DNA of 64,000 nucleotides from Eledone cirrhosa (lineage: Eukaryota), in assembly GCA_964016885.1 (NCBI GenBank), contig OZ024741.1, forward strand, positions 284,022,001 to 284,086,000, given 5' to 3'. The position numbers and the translations under genes were made by a program. Below are positions 51,949-64,000 of the stretch, in pieces. Below the pieces are notes generated by a model, which was given only the letters and a program-made list of their open reading frames with translations, searched no databases and was not told where the DNA came from. Each line of letters begins with the position of its first letter. Within the stretch, counting starts at the first letter, position 1.

Positions 51949-53322
51949 AAAAGTGTGAAAAACAACAGACAGAATTTACTTAACTTTTCTTCATAGTCCA
52001 GAGAAATTAATTAAATAAATAATCAATTATTCGGAGATAAATGTGAATTATAAGTATGAAGAAAAAATAAACAAGTGTATACTGAATGATTCTTCTTAGT
52101 CTCGACTGCTGGCAGTTTTGCTTGTGCTATGTAGAAAATGTGCAAGATAGTTGCACTTGCACCTTCTCCGTGGGGCTTTTCAAGGGATTCCCTTGAGGCT
52201 TCAAGCTTTTCAAGGGATTCCCTCAATAAGGACTAGTGTTTTTCCAAAGTGATCACCACCAGTAATAAATTCAAATGTTTTATTTGAAGTTTACCACAAT
52301 GTAAATTGGATGGTAAATGTTAAAAATATGATAATAACAATATTTCGAGTTCTTTATAGGTCCTTATATATCGAGATAAAAGAAGAAACTAGTTTGGAGC
52401 TGTATATTTTTTGTCTCTCTTAAACTACCATTTTTTTTAAATTTACATAATGATTCAAGCAAACTACAATACCCTCATATATTATCTGTTATCTTAATTT
52501 GTTTTATATGCTCTGTGTTAAAAATGTCACTTTTTTTTCTACTCTAGTTTCTCTTCCCTATATTTTTATCTGTAAGAGCTTAAGTTTTCTCACAATTTCT
52601 CTTCAAGTAACTCAATGTGTATGTTTTTCTTATACATAATTAAAAATATATTTTTAAAAAACATATATACATATGTATACATATATTTATTTATATATAT
52701 GTATGTATATGTGTGTGTATAAATTTACATGCATATGTATGTTTATACATATAATTATTTCCTACTTGTGTGTGTATATATGTTTGTGGGTGTACATATA
52801 TATATATCTGTTTGTGGAAAAGAGGACTGCATCACATAATCTTGGTCTTGAAGAGGGTGCCATCTCACATGACTTTCATAGATCTCCAACAGATGTAAGA
52901 GGACTTGCTACAGAGAAAGAATTCCAGGTGGAGGGGGTGGGGGTTCTGGGAAAGAAAGAAGTGGTTGGTAGAGCCTGAGAAATCGACACATCAGTAAAGA
53001 GAAGGGGAACAAGAGACAAGTGAGTCAGAAGTTTGTGTGTGTGTGTGTGTGTAAATGCGTGGCTATGTAATACAATAAAAACAAACTTGGGAAATTTAAC
53101 CCTTTTGATACCAAGTAACCCTGGTTTTATGATACAACATTGTTCTTTTACAAGTATTCATAATTTTATATAAAACCTTTTTGTTAAGCATTGCTCCAAA
53201 CATTAACAAAAAAAATAGTTATTCCACTAAATTCCTTTAAATTCTTGATTATTTTCCACATTAATTGAAATCTGTAAGCAGTGTCTTTGATTATAAATAT
53301 GGTAACAAAAGTGTTAACTTAC

Positions 53323-53416
53323 CACAGTCATTGACTAAGAACTGGAGAGACTTTCTATTCATAGAATCAATTAATGAAAATGTATAGGCCTGGTTATAAG
53401 GATCTACAACTTCCAT
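53323..53416 (-). CDS. Host internal exon MEVVDPYNQAYTFSLIDSMNRKSLQFLVNDC (phase 0-1)
   Basis: Strong acceptor tttgtgtttttttag|, consensus donor G|GTAAGT, 94 nt open, bridging the phases of exons 57873 and 38941. Confidence 0.85.
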
Positions 53417-53539
53417 CTAAAAAAACACAAATATGAGTTGTTGTCTCATTAGAAATTACAAATTTGTCTTGATAAATTAAACTAAATAATATTTTGAAGC
53501 AGTATTTTTGTATTCAGATAATCAAATGACAAGAGACAA

Positions 53540-53592
<53 letters not shown>

Positions 53593-53859
53593 ACGTTTTG
53601 TTCAACTTGCAGTGACAGATCACTAAATTTGTTCCAGTTCTTACAAACTAACAAAGGTGATCAAACAACCATTTTTTAAAACACATTTTTTTTTCAGTTG
53701 TGATGCATTATAAAATATGTACGTGTGTGTGTGTGTGTGTTAAGGGTGAATGCAGCGATTCTTTGCTTAAATTTTAATCTGTTATTTTAATAAATATATA
53801 TATATATACAAGTGGAAGCTTAGTAAAATCGAAGCTTTGGCTGTGGGCAAGCAAAGTTG

Positions 53860-53896
<37 letters not shown>

Positions 53897-54724
53897 AATA
53901 GGGTATGCAAAGGACAAAGACAATAGAAAAAAACAACAGAAAGACATAAAGTCCCATCTCAGTCAACCTCTGAAAATCACTATGGTTTTGGTCCATTAAG
54001 GTCGATACATTTCATTCACAAATTACACAAATATAGAGTGTGAAAGGGCTTAGCCAAAGGAGAAAAATAAAGACAGGTGAGAAATAGTAAAACAGAAGAG
54101 AATAAGGAATGTTGTCCAACATGCGAACAAAGAAGGACAGGTATATAAAAGGTAAGAAGAGAGAATAGGGGAAAACAGGTCATATATATATATATATATT
54201 CTAAGTCGAAAAGTGGCAGTGACTTCAAAGTTTCAGCTTGGTTGATTCATTTGGCTGTGTCCTGTGGAGTTCTTGAATGCCTTAAATAGCTTTATGTAGG
54301 TGAGGGTAGTGATAGGAGGATTAGAGAATCTATTTGTTTATGGTTAGGTGTTATATGAGTCTGAGTGTATGTGTGTGTTTGTGTTGTTAGGTTTGATGGT
54401 TGATTAGACTAAATTGTGTGTTTGAATGCCTGTAGTTGTGTATGTGTGCACTTGCGTATCTCTGGGTAGATTTAGTTTATGAAGTATGGATGGGGAATAT
54501 TTGTAAAAGAGAAGAGTAATTTACCGCATCGCCCTTTGCGCTGGTTAACAAAGGGGACGCATTCAGGCCTTAGGTAGAGGGGCATGTTCGAAAATTATAT
54601 TGCTGTCTCTATTTTATGCCACAAAAACTGGCAATGGGCCTGCAACCTGGCCTGGGAGGTGTGGGTTTTCGCACAAAGGTTGCATATCCCAAGAACCCAA
54701 AGAGGGTCTGGAAGGGAGCAAACC

Positions 54725-57565
54725 ATTGCAGTTGGAACCTGGAATGTCACAACCTTTACAGGTAAAGAGCAGGAACTAGTGGAGGAGGCTAGATGCTACT
54801 GACTAGATATAGTCAGGGTTTCCTCAAGAAAGTTCTGTGGCTCTGATACTGTAGATTTGGATGGAGGATGGAAACGTCATTATTCAGATGTGGCACCAGA
54901 AATGACTACACAGGCGGTAGTGGGGATACTCCCAAGCCCCCACCTGTCAGAATTTGTTGTGGACTGGATTCCATTAGGAAGGAGTATTTGTCTCTTGATG
55001 CTTGGACTGTGGGTGGTACAAGTTTATGCACCAAACAAGGAGTCTGAATACAGATCTTTCCTTGATGAAGTCACTGCAGCATTAGATGTAGTTAAGACTG
55101 AGTCATATATTCCTAATGGGAGACTTCAATGCACATGTTGGCACTGACAACCTGACATGGAAAGGAGTGACTGGAAGCAATGGCAACCTCGGTCTAAATA
55201 TGAATGGAGAGGCCTTACTAGACTTCTGTTCTAGCAATGGACTCTCTATTGTGAACACCTTCTTCCAGCACAGAGACATCCATGAATATACATGGTATAA
55301 GGGGAATCAGGGGCAGAGATCAATAACTGATTTTGTTATTGTCTCTGATCTCTTTGATCCTGTGCTGGATGTTCGTGTTAAGAGAGGGGATCAGCTGTCA
55401 ACTGATCACCATCTAGTTATCTGCATCTTAAGACTACCTAAAGTCAAAGAAGCCCACAAAACTGGCAGGTCCAGGGTGACCTAAGGATAAAGTCTGAAGC
55501 ATTGATGGATAAGGAAGTCAGGACTATGTAAGCAGATACTATTACATCCAAATTCAGAGAACTCCCTGAGCAAACTGATGATGTTGAGACAGAGTAAAGA
55601 TTGTTCAGTGCGGCAGTTTCTGCTCCAGCTGTCCAGCTGTTGTGGTGCTAGCTTAGTGTGGTGCCAGATGGCAGGAAGACCCCTTGGTTCAATCAAGGGG
55701 TCAAAGATGCCCTCCGAGCAAAGGGGGCTAACAAAGCTTGGCTTGGAAATAAGTCCTCCTTCTTGCACTTGTGGTACAAGCAGGCACGAAAAATCGCCGC
55801 AGAAACAGTTAAAGTGTCCAAAGTTAAGAAATGGGAGGACTTTGGGGTTAAGCTGGAATCCGACTTCAGATCAGCAAATAAAGTGTTCTGGCAGACCATC
55901 TGCTGACTTCGTAATATGAAGCCCTCCTCCATACCTGCTATCAATAACAAGTCTAGAGTTCTCTCTTCAGAGAGGTGCATCCTTGTGAGGTAGAGTAAAT
56001 ACTTTGCCCATCTCCTAAACTGGTCACAACAGCATCTTTGGATGTACACAAGGTGCATCTGGGAGCAGTGACTAATCTCTCAGAGGCTGAGGTCACAAGA
56101 ACAGTTAAAGAGCTCAAATGGGGTGAGGCTGCTGGGGAAGATGAAATCCATCCTGAGGTGTTAAAAACCTTAAATAGAGAATGCATTCTCTGGCTAACTT
56201 GTGTATACCATGTGACCTGGATCACTGGAAAAGCACTTAAGCAATGGCAATCGGGAATGATAATCCCAATTTTCAAAAAGGGATACAAGAGATATAGTTC
56301 CAATTACAGAGAGATCTTCTTGTTAAGCCTCCCCAGTAAAATCTATACTAAGTGTCTGACAAAGAGATGCAGGGAGATTGTCAAGTGTAAGTTAGCTGAT
56401 GAACAGTGTGGTTTTCACCCCAGATGCAACATAGTATTCATACTGCGATAGGTATTCAAGAAATCATGGTAGTATTGCCAAGAAGTATATTCTTGTTTTG
56501 TTGAACTTGAAAGGGCATGGACTACGTTTCTTGGGACCTGCTGTGGAAGGCTGTGCAGGAGTATGAGATTGATAGTTAGCTTCTTGCTACCCTGATGTCT
56601 CTATATGAATACCTGAGTATTTGTGTTCAGATAAATGCTGCTTAAATTGAAACCATTCAATGTAGAAGTCGGATGCCACTAAGGGAGTATACTGTCCTCT
56701 CTCCTGTTCATTATTTTCATGAACAGGATTGACATGTGCAGCTGGGTTGGAAATGATATCACGACTGGTGGATGGAAAATCAGTTGGCTAGAATTTGCAA
56801 ATGACATGGTGTTACTTAACTTGATAGATGATCTTCAACTTGCACTTGATAGGTTAGATGCTGAGTGCTACATGGCTGGAATGAATATCAGTGCTTCAAA
56901 AACTGAAACACTCGTCCTCCCAAGGAAGCCTGTGTAGTGCAATCTACATGTGAATGGAATTCTACTGAAGCAGGTAGAGAAGTTCAAGTATCTCAAGGCA
57001 GTGTTCATGAGTTATGGAAGGCAGGAGGCTGAATTAAATGCAAAAATTGCAGGAGTTGGTGCAGTAATGCATCAGTTTCAGCAATCAGAAGAATGGAGGT
57101 AGGTGTAAAAGCCAAACTTGCAATCCCTTACCTATGGTCATGAATTTTGGTAATGACCGAAAGAATACGATCACAAAACAAGCGGCCAAAATGGAATTCC
57201 TCCGAAGGGTCTTTGGAGCAACGTTACTCAATAAAGTGCATAGTTCTGAGATTAGAGAGTCACTAGAGCCACTACTTCTCCGAATTGAGAGATCACAGTT
57301 CTGATACTATGTCTCAGGAAAGAAGCACTGGACAGATTTTACAAGCAAAACCAACTGGCAGGAGACCCAAGGGTAAACCCTGAGCAAGATGGTTGGATAA
57401 CATCCATAAGCTTGACTAGTCACGCTTGGGGATCCAGCTGGAGATGGTTGCTTCTGGCAAGACCTGCTAGAAGGAGAGTTTGAGGACTCTGCCCCTAAAA
57501 CCCACTCAAGAAGAAGAAGAAAAAGAAAAAGAAAAAGAAAAAGAAAAAGAAGAAGGAGGAGGAGG
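54725..57565 (+). mobile_element. Decayed near full-length RTE LINE (Expander/BovB-like) with an (AAG)n tail
   Basis: [57 protein letters not shown]. Confidence 0.88.
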
Positions 57566-57872
57566 ACCACAAATTTATGTATATAGAAATAATTTATTAT
57601 TTAGAAAAAATCAGTTTTTGTTTGACTTTAGTCAAAGAATTTAATTGTATTCTGATGTGAGTCAAGCATGACTGGTTGTGGTCATTGTTGATGTTGCTTT
57701 TGTTGTTGAATGGATGAATGGATGGACAGATAGACAGACCAACAGAAAAACAGACAGATATATAGATAAACAGAGAGATAGAGGGACAAAAAGACAGATA
57801 AATAGAAATAGAGAGATTGAGGATGGGGAGAGAAAGAGACAGACAAACAGAGAGAGAGACAGATAACTTTAC

Positions 57873-58066
57873 CTTAAAACTTTTTAGTTCTTCATCCATT
57901 TCATTTGTCACAGTTAATGTGACTAAATCTCCAATGTCAGGTAAAGAGGACTGTTGTGTTTTTTGATTTGGCATCATCACAAAGGAAGCTGACTTCTGCA
58001 GCCCTTCAAATTCAAGATATAATTTATTGGTGTACGCTTTATCCAAATTAACAGACCATTTACCTC
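57873..58066 (-). CDS. Host internal exon GKWSVNLDKAYTNKLYLEFEGLQKSASFVMMPNQ...VTNEMDEELKSFK (phase 1-0)
   Basis: Acceptor tttacttacag|, donor AAG|GTAAAG, 194 nt open. Upstream exons were not identified. Confidence 0.82.
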
Positions 58067-58299
58067 CTGTAAGTAAACTCAAATTAAATTATTATTTAAT
58101 GAGACTAGAAGTTCATATTGGGAATTATATATATATATATATTTTGTAATGAATTTTTTAAAATTTATATTGATGGAGCTGACTTTACATTTTAATAGTG
58201 ACTACCTGTAGCACATTGATTAACCTATACATCTGTCAGACAATTTGATTAATTACTTTACATATTAATCAATATTTTAATACATATATATTACACAGA

Positions 58300-58755
58300 G
58301 TGGGGAGACCCAAGAAGACCCGGGATGAGGTGATAAAAGCCGACCATACCCAATTACACCTCTCATGGGCGATGACACACAACAGTGACCTCTGGTGTCA
58401 CGCAGTAATACAGAAGACCCAACTTCCCATGGGTACAAGCCAAAGCTGAAGCATATAGACAATATGCCCCCACACCCTCCCACTGCAAAGTGGTCGTGGA
58501 GGTGCCACGGGAAAAAGCACCCAGCCCACACTGTAAAGTGGACGTGTAGGCGCCACAGAAAAAAAGCACCCAGCACTCATTGTAAATGAGGTTGATGTTA
58601 GGAAGAGCATCCAGCTGTAGAAATCAAGCCAGAATCAGTTCCCGTATGAGCAAGACAAGGTCAGCTGACTGGACACTGCCCACAACATGACAACCCATCT
58701 AACCCATGCTAGCATGGAAGAACAGACATAAAACGGTGATGATGATGATGATGAT
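58300..58755 (+). mobile_element. RTE family B-like 3' end
   Basis: GRPKKT.DEVIKAD plus a 3' UTR homologous to 46583-47030, and a (GAT)n tail. Confidence 0.85.
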
Positions 58756-58869
58756 TATGTAAAAAATGATATATATAAGCAGGCTAAGACAATGCAAACA
58801 GACAGTAAAATGAAGACAACAAAAAAGTTTATGTTACCTGGTATTTATTAATATTAACTTTTTTTTTTT

Positions 58870-59860
58870 TTGGCCTAATATTTTGGGACTTAAAATCCTT
58901 TCCTCAGAGTTTGGAGAACTCTCAGAGCCAATTATTCTGGTTTTATCACCTCGAAGTTTGATTTAAATTTATAATTTAGGAATTGCTTTCAAGTTTGATA
59001 TTTGTTGTAGTAACCATGAGAAGCTTAAGGATGAAGTCAATTGGTATATGTATAATCTAATTGAAGCAAATTTCTTGTGTTAAAAGTTGTGTTTAGGCTG
59101 TCTGTGTGTGTGGGGGGGGGGGGGGGGGGGGCTTTTATATCATTTATGTGTGCTGAGTTTCATTCTATTGTTGATTTGAAGGCTGAGCCAATGTATAAGT
59201 AAGGCTTCCTTTATTCTTAAGTTGCCCACATTTCTCTCTCTGGCTTCAATATTGATTGTTATGTTTTTGTTGGTGTTTTTGCATTTGGCAATGTGTTTTT
59301 TTAATGAGGATGCATGTGTGTTGAGGTGTTCTTTAATGAGGAAGTGGAATGGTCAAGTTGTACTAACAATGTAGAACTCCTTACATTTGTCACATTCAGT
59401 TTGATATATCACATGTCTGTTGGCACATACCCGTGTCACGGATAGGGCAGTTAGTCAGTGTGCATTTCTTGCTGTTGTCACTGGATTGCTTTTAAGATAG
59501 GTGTCCTCTCCATGAAGTGCTGGAGTGAGCAAATTGTATGACCAGTCCTTCCTTGTGGCTCTGCGGATTTCTGTTGTTATGCTTTCGCTGACATATGGTA
59601 ATTTCTTGAAGCAGGTCTTATGCCTATGCACCTTCCATTCCTAAGACAATTCACTGTGAATGTGAGGTATCTGTTCATCTTCAGTACATCCATGAAGTGT
59701 GCTGCATTTACTCTGAATATGCATACGTTCATTTCATATGTATCCAGTTTTAGCATGAAAGGGAGGAGCTGACATAAAATGCCCAAACAGTTCTCTGCTG
59801 GCGGCTTTCTGATACAAGTTGGTGTTATATAAATGTTGTATAACATAGTCTTCTATGCCG
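58870..59860 (-). mobile_element. Decayed Penelope-like element (RT end and GIY-YIG)
   Basis: Minus strand 59450-59160 reads CPIRDTGMCANRHVIYQTECDKCKEFYIVST...KEH...LRIKEALLI...IN. Degenerate CTGAGGA hammerhead remnant near 58875-58910. Confidence 0.65.
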
Positions 59861-59969
59861 TTTCTATATATACAGAGACAAACCTAGAATATTAATAGAG
59901 TATATGAAGATATATATATTTCATCATCATCATCATCACCATTTTATGTCCATTTTTCCACACTAACAT

Positions 59970-61050
59970 TACTGCACCAGCTCCTGCAATTCTTGAATGA
60001 CCCTGAGATATTTGAACTTCTCAGTGGAACTCCATTCACATGTAGATTGCACTGTGCAGGATTCCTTGGGAGAACAAGGTCAGTTTTCATTCCAGCCATG
60101 CAGCACTCGGCATCAAATATATCAAGTGCAAGTCAGAGATCACCTTCTGTCAAGTTAAATAGCACCATGTCATCTGCAAATTCCAGCTGTATGATCTGAC
60201 ACCCACCAGTTGTCATACCACTTCAGGAGAGGTGAAAATATGCACCCTTGGCAGAGTTCAACTCCTACGTTGAATGGTTTTGATTTAGCACCATTTATCT
60301 GAACACAAATACTCAGGCATTCATATAGAGACATCAGGGTAGCAAGAAGCTGACCATCGATCCCATACTCCTGCACAACCTTCCACTGCAGGTCCCAAGG
60401 AGCATAGTCATATGCATTTTCAAGTTCAACAAAACAAGAATATACCTCTTAGCAATACTCCCACGATTTCTCGAAGACCTGCGAGTGTGAACATTTAGTC
60501 AGCTGTGCTGGTCCAGGACAAAGACCACACTGCTCATCAGCTAGCTACGACTCAACAATCTCCCTGCATCTTAGTATAGACTTTACTGGGGAAGCTTAAC
60601 AAGGTGATCCCTCTGTAAACTCTCTTGTCTCCCTTTTTGAAAATTGGGATTATCACTCCTGAATGCCATTGCTTAGGTGCCTTTTCAGAGATCAAGGCCA
60701 CCCAGCAAACACGAGTCAGCCAGAGAATTCCTTCTCTATTTAAGGCTTTTAACATCTTGGACTGGATTTCATCTCCCCCAGCAGCCTTGCCACATTTGAA
60801 CTCTTTAAATGCTCTTATGCTCTTATGACCTCAACCTCTAAGAGATTTGTCACCGCTCCCAGATGTACCTTGTGTACATCAGCAGATGCTGTTGTGATTG
60901 GGTTTAGGAGAACAGCAAAGTATTCTCTCCACCTTGTGAAAATACACCTCTCTGAAGAGAGGAGAACCCCAAATGCATTCGTCAAAGCAGGTATGGAGGA
61001 GGAGATCTTATTACGAAGTCAGCGGATGGTCTGCCAGAACACTTTATTTG
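59970..61050 (-). mobile_element. RTE RT fragment related to 54725-57565
   Basis: LKALNREGILWLTRV, YRGITLLSFPSKVY, QGCIFSPLL. Confidence 0.85.
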
Positions 61051-62114
61051 TCATAATAGAGTTGTATATATATGTTTCTTATATTGTATATATATTGCAT
61101 TTGTTTTCATAATTCAGTTGTATATGAAAACATATATAATATGTATACAATATAAGAAACATATATAAGTCTTGCTGTGAATGTTTTAAGGTGTGATCTT
61201 GTAACAGCTATCTCATGTGTTGTAAAGGTGGGGAAACATAGCTCACTTACCTCACAAGATGTCTCACTAGTAGATCTAATCCAGAATGGGGTATATCCAT
61301 GAGTGCCCTATTTACCAAAGCCTCTAACTAGAATGTATAATCATATAACCCCAGCACTACATGGCAATAACACATCCTCTCTCCCCAACCAACCGTCAGC
61401 CTAGAGGCATACCATACAGCTACTACTCTTATGTATTGTCACTCACCCTTCTGCTTCCATCAAGGCCCTCCAGCCCCATGACATCACTGACTCTTATACT
61501 TCTGGCAAAGTCCCCAGCCCCACATCATGTAACAGGCGCTAGTGTTTCTGGTTATATGTAATGTAGTATTAATGATCAAGATTTCTTAATGTATGACAAA
61601 CTTCAATAATAATACATCATTTACAGGCACCTTTTTCATTGCAAAATGAATGTAACTGACAGTGAATATTTACATCACAGTAACCATGTGTATCCAGTTT
61701 AGTATAGGTACACCATATCCCTGCATGCTGTCAAAGGTGTTTAAAAGGATTGATGTCACAAAAGACATCCAGTTATAAAACATTGCCTCAAATAGTCCTG
61801 TCCAACCCATGCCAGCATTGAAAAGTTGATGTAAAAACAATGATAATGATGATGATAGTAAATTTGTAAAATCAAACAACATTTTTTTTTGTTCTTTTTT
61901 TTTAATTTCCAATGGTGTGTCATAAAACTGGAAGTGATACCCTCAGTGTCTCGCCTTTCTTGTCTTCAGCCCATAACTCCTGAAGGAATCATAGGACAAC
62001 ATCATGGCATAAGCATTTTTATATTTGAAAGAGCCCATCTTTCTCTACATCTAACTACAGCTGATTTTATCCAGAGAGAAAAAGAAAAAAGAGAGGAAGT
62101 GAGAAAGATATAAC

Positions 62115-62270
62115 ACCAGTACTGGGCTGGCACTCTATTTATCAATGCAGAAAGGACGAAAGACAAAATTATTATTGTCAGGATTTGAACTCAGAGTGCA
62201 GAGAACCGAAAAGAGTATCACATATCATTCTATCAGATGCTAACCATTCTGTTACTTAGCTGCCTTAGCT
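62115..62270 (-). mobile_element. Degenerate SINE copy
   Basis: tttatc..gaaaggacgaaagacaaa..ggatttgaactcag matches the 26405 family. Confidence 0.55.
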
Positions 62271-62462
62271 CTAATGTATTGAGTTGTGTAATAAATAAAG
62301 AAATATTGTAAAGAAAATTATAAATAAAACAGATGAAGAGAAAATCATGTAAAATTATGAAATAGGAATAAAACTAAATTGATACTGACCATTAACTTGG
62401 CTGGAAATCATCAGTAATATTAGTATTACTTCTTTAGAGAGTCTTGGTCTTGATTCAACATA

Positions 62463-62498
<36 letters not shown>

Positions 62499-62729
62499 CT
62501 ACAATAACTATAACAAATAGTGTCTTTTTACAAGGTATGAAGGCCTAGTGTTTTAGGTCTTAATTTTTAACATCCTGCAAATGTTCATCAAGCAAACTCT
62601 ATATAGATTCTATCTATTTCCATGTCAGAACTGGTTGAGTGAATGTCACTGATGAGAGATTAACAAAGCTTGAAACAACACTGTTTGGTATTCTCAACTG
62701 CTACTGGCATATCTGTGACATATTCACAG

Positions 62730-62980
62730 AGAAAGAAAGAGAAAATATTTTTTTTTGTAACGAAAAAGTATTTTTACAGAAGGAAGCAAAATTATAAATC
62801 ACACTTTTTTGGAGTTATGAACTTAACGATTTATTTAATTGTTATGAAATGGCAAAAAAAGATCCCTCTGCTGGCTATATGAACAGAATGAAGCTATACT
62901 GTGACGAAATACATCCAGAACTAAATCATTTCACAACCAAATAATTACGCCAGCAAGCAACGTTTGTTGAATGTAAAATA
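62730..62980 (+). mobile_element. 5' (N-terminal) fragment of a Dong/R4 element
   Basis: Reverse-complement homology to 26945-27200 (NCYEMAKKDPSAGYMNRMKL..DEIHPELNHF). Confidence 0.7.
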
Positions 62981-63782
62981 TTTTTAACATTATTCATTAC
63001 CTTCGGGTGGTTTTCTGCTAGCATGTGTGGTGTGTATATTGATATTATACGCAAGTATATATACATGTAGATATGATACATCAAATAAAATCTTATTTGA
63101 CAATATAAACAAAAATTGAATGAAGACGTTGTTACACTGTCTTATGTAATCAGTAACATAATCCATGATACATTAAAAAAAGACAACTAACTGCATTAGG
63201 AGAAAATTAGTATGTTTATTTAAGTGATCGCCACCGGAAGTGTTGACATCACACACTCTCTCTTTCTGGTAGTTGAAGTGGTGGTGGTGTCAACGATATA
63301 GCAGACCTTCCTTTATTATAGTTTAGATAAGTCCACCCACACCATGCTTTGCAACATAGAGTTACAGCACTTTACGTTCTGAGTTCAAATTCCGCCGAGG
63401 TTAGCTTTGCCTTGCATACATACATATAGGCATGCATGCATGTATACATACATATATACATACATACATGCTTACATACATACATATAGACAGACAGACA
63501 GAAACGTGTCCATTTGCAACATACTTATTTATTCAATTTAAGCTAGTAAGCTATGACAGATAATGGAAAGTATTGAGTACTTACAGTTAGTAATCAAAAA
63601 GAGCTAGAGAGACAAATCATTTTTAAAAATTAAATGAATTTAGAAAAGAAAGAAAGATAAATGGAAAAAAAAAATGAAATAAAAATTAAAATTTCATTTA
63701 ATGAAGGTCAATGGGAGGCAGATTATACATAAGAAAACAAAAAAGAACAGGAAAATATGAAACAAAGGAAGCTGTAAAACAG

Positions 63783-64000
63783 CTAGAAGTTTCTGTTGTT
63801 GAATCTTTTTGTAGCTTCCGTGTACTCAAAGATTTTGTATATATTTGATAGACTATTAATCATATATAGAACTTCCAATCTTGGTAGTTTTTTTAAAGAT
63901 CAGTTTCAATGTGGTTTCTCTTTCAGACAGATAGTTTCTACATTGGAACAAATAGTGTCAAAGAGTTTCTGGAGATTCACCACAAGAACATAGAGGTGAA
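63783..64000 (-). mobile_element. C-terminal CCHC region of a LINE ORF2 (I/CR1/Jockey-like), continuing beyond the window
   Basis: SPLCSCGESPETL*HYLFQCRNYLSER...EYTEATKRF. Confidence 0.65.

Noticed and set aside
52023-52232. Possible host exon SLLRESLEKLEASRESLEKPHGE
   Set aside because: The acceptor lacks a pyrimidine tract and the ORF derives from a short direct repeat. Exon 53323-53416 already bridges the phases.
61250-61310. Upstream exon candidate ending GAG|GTAAGT
   Set aside because: The phase-1 frame needed to join exon 58066 has a TGA stop, and the acceptor is poor.
62499-62712. Upstream exon candidate ending TAG|GTAAGA
   Set aside because: All three frames have stops within ~50 nt of the donor. 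It could be a 5' UTR exon but cannot be supported.

Overview
AT-rich, repeat-dense eukaryotic DNA, probably a coleoid cephalopod such as Octopus (inferred from the SINE types, RTE, Dong-R4 and Penelope content, and TA/AAT microsatellites). Seven splice-compatible host exons lie on the minus strand (58066-57873, 53416-53323, 38941-38846, 37939-37836, 28203-28069, 16677-16204, 9842-9541). They encode a Cys-containing region, a Ser/Pro-rich stalk and a mollusc-type juxtamembrane plus TM C-terminus, as one gene or two. The introns hold nested retroelements: an ORF1-only Tx1/L1-like element, Dong/R4 fragments, several RTE LINEs, a Gypsy element inserted into an R4 element, Penelope-like GIY-YIG remnants, SINEs, and a ~9 kb 47-bp satellite with higher-order duplications. 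The most notable non-coding signal is a set of minimal type I hammerhead ribozymes, including an intact pair in opposite orientations inside the Gypsy leader/gag region. All calls were made by eye, without database searches.
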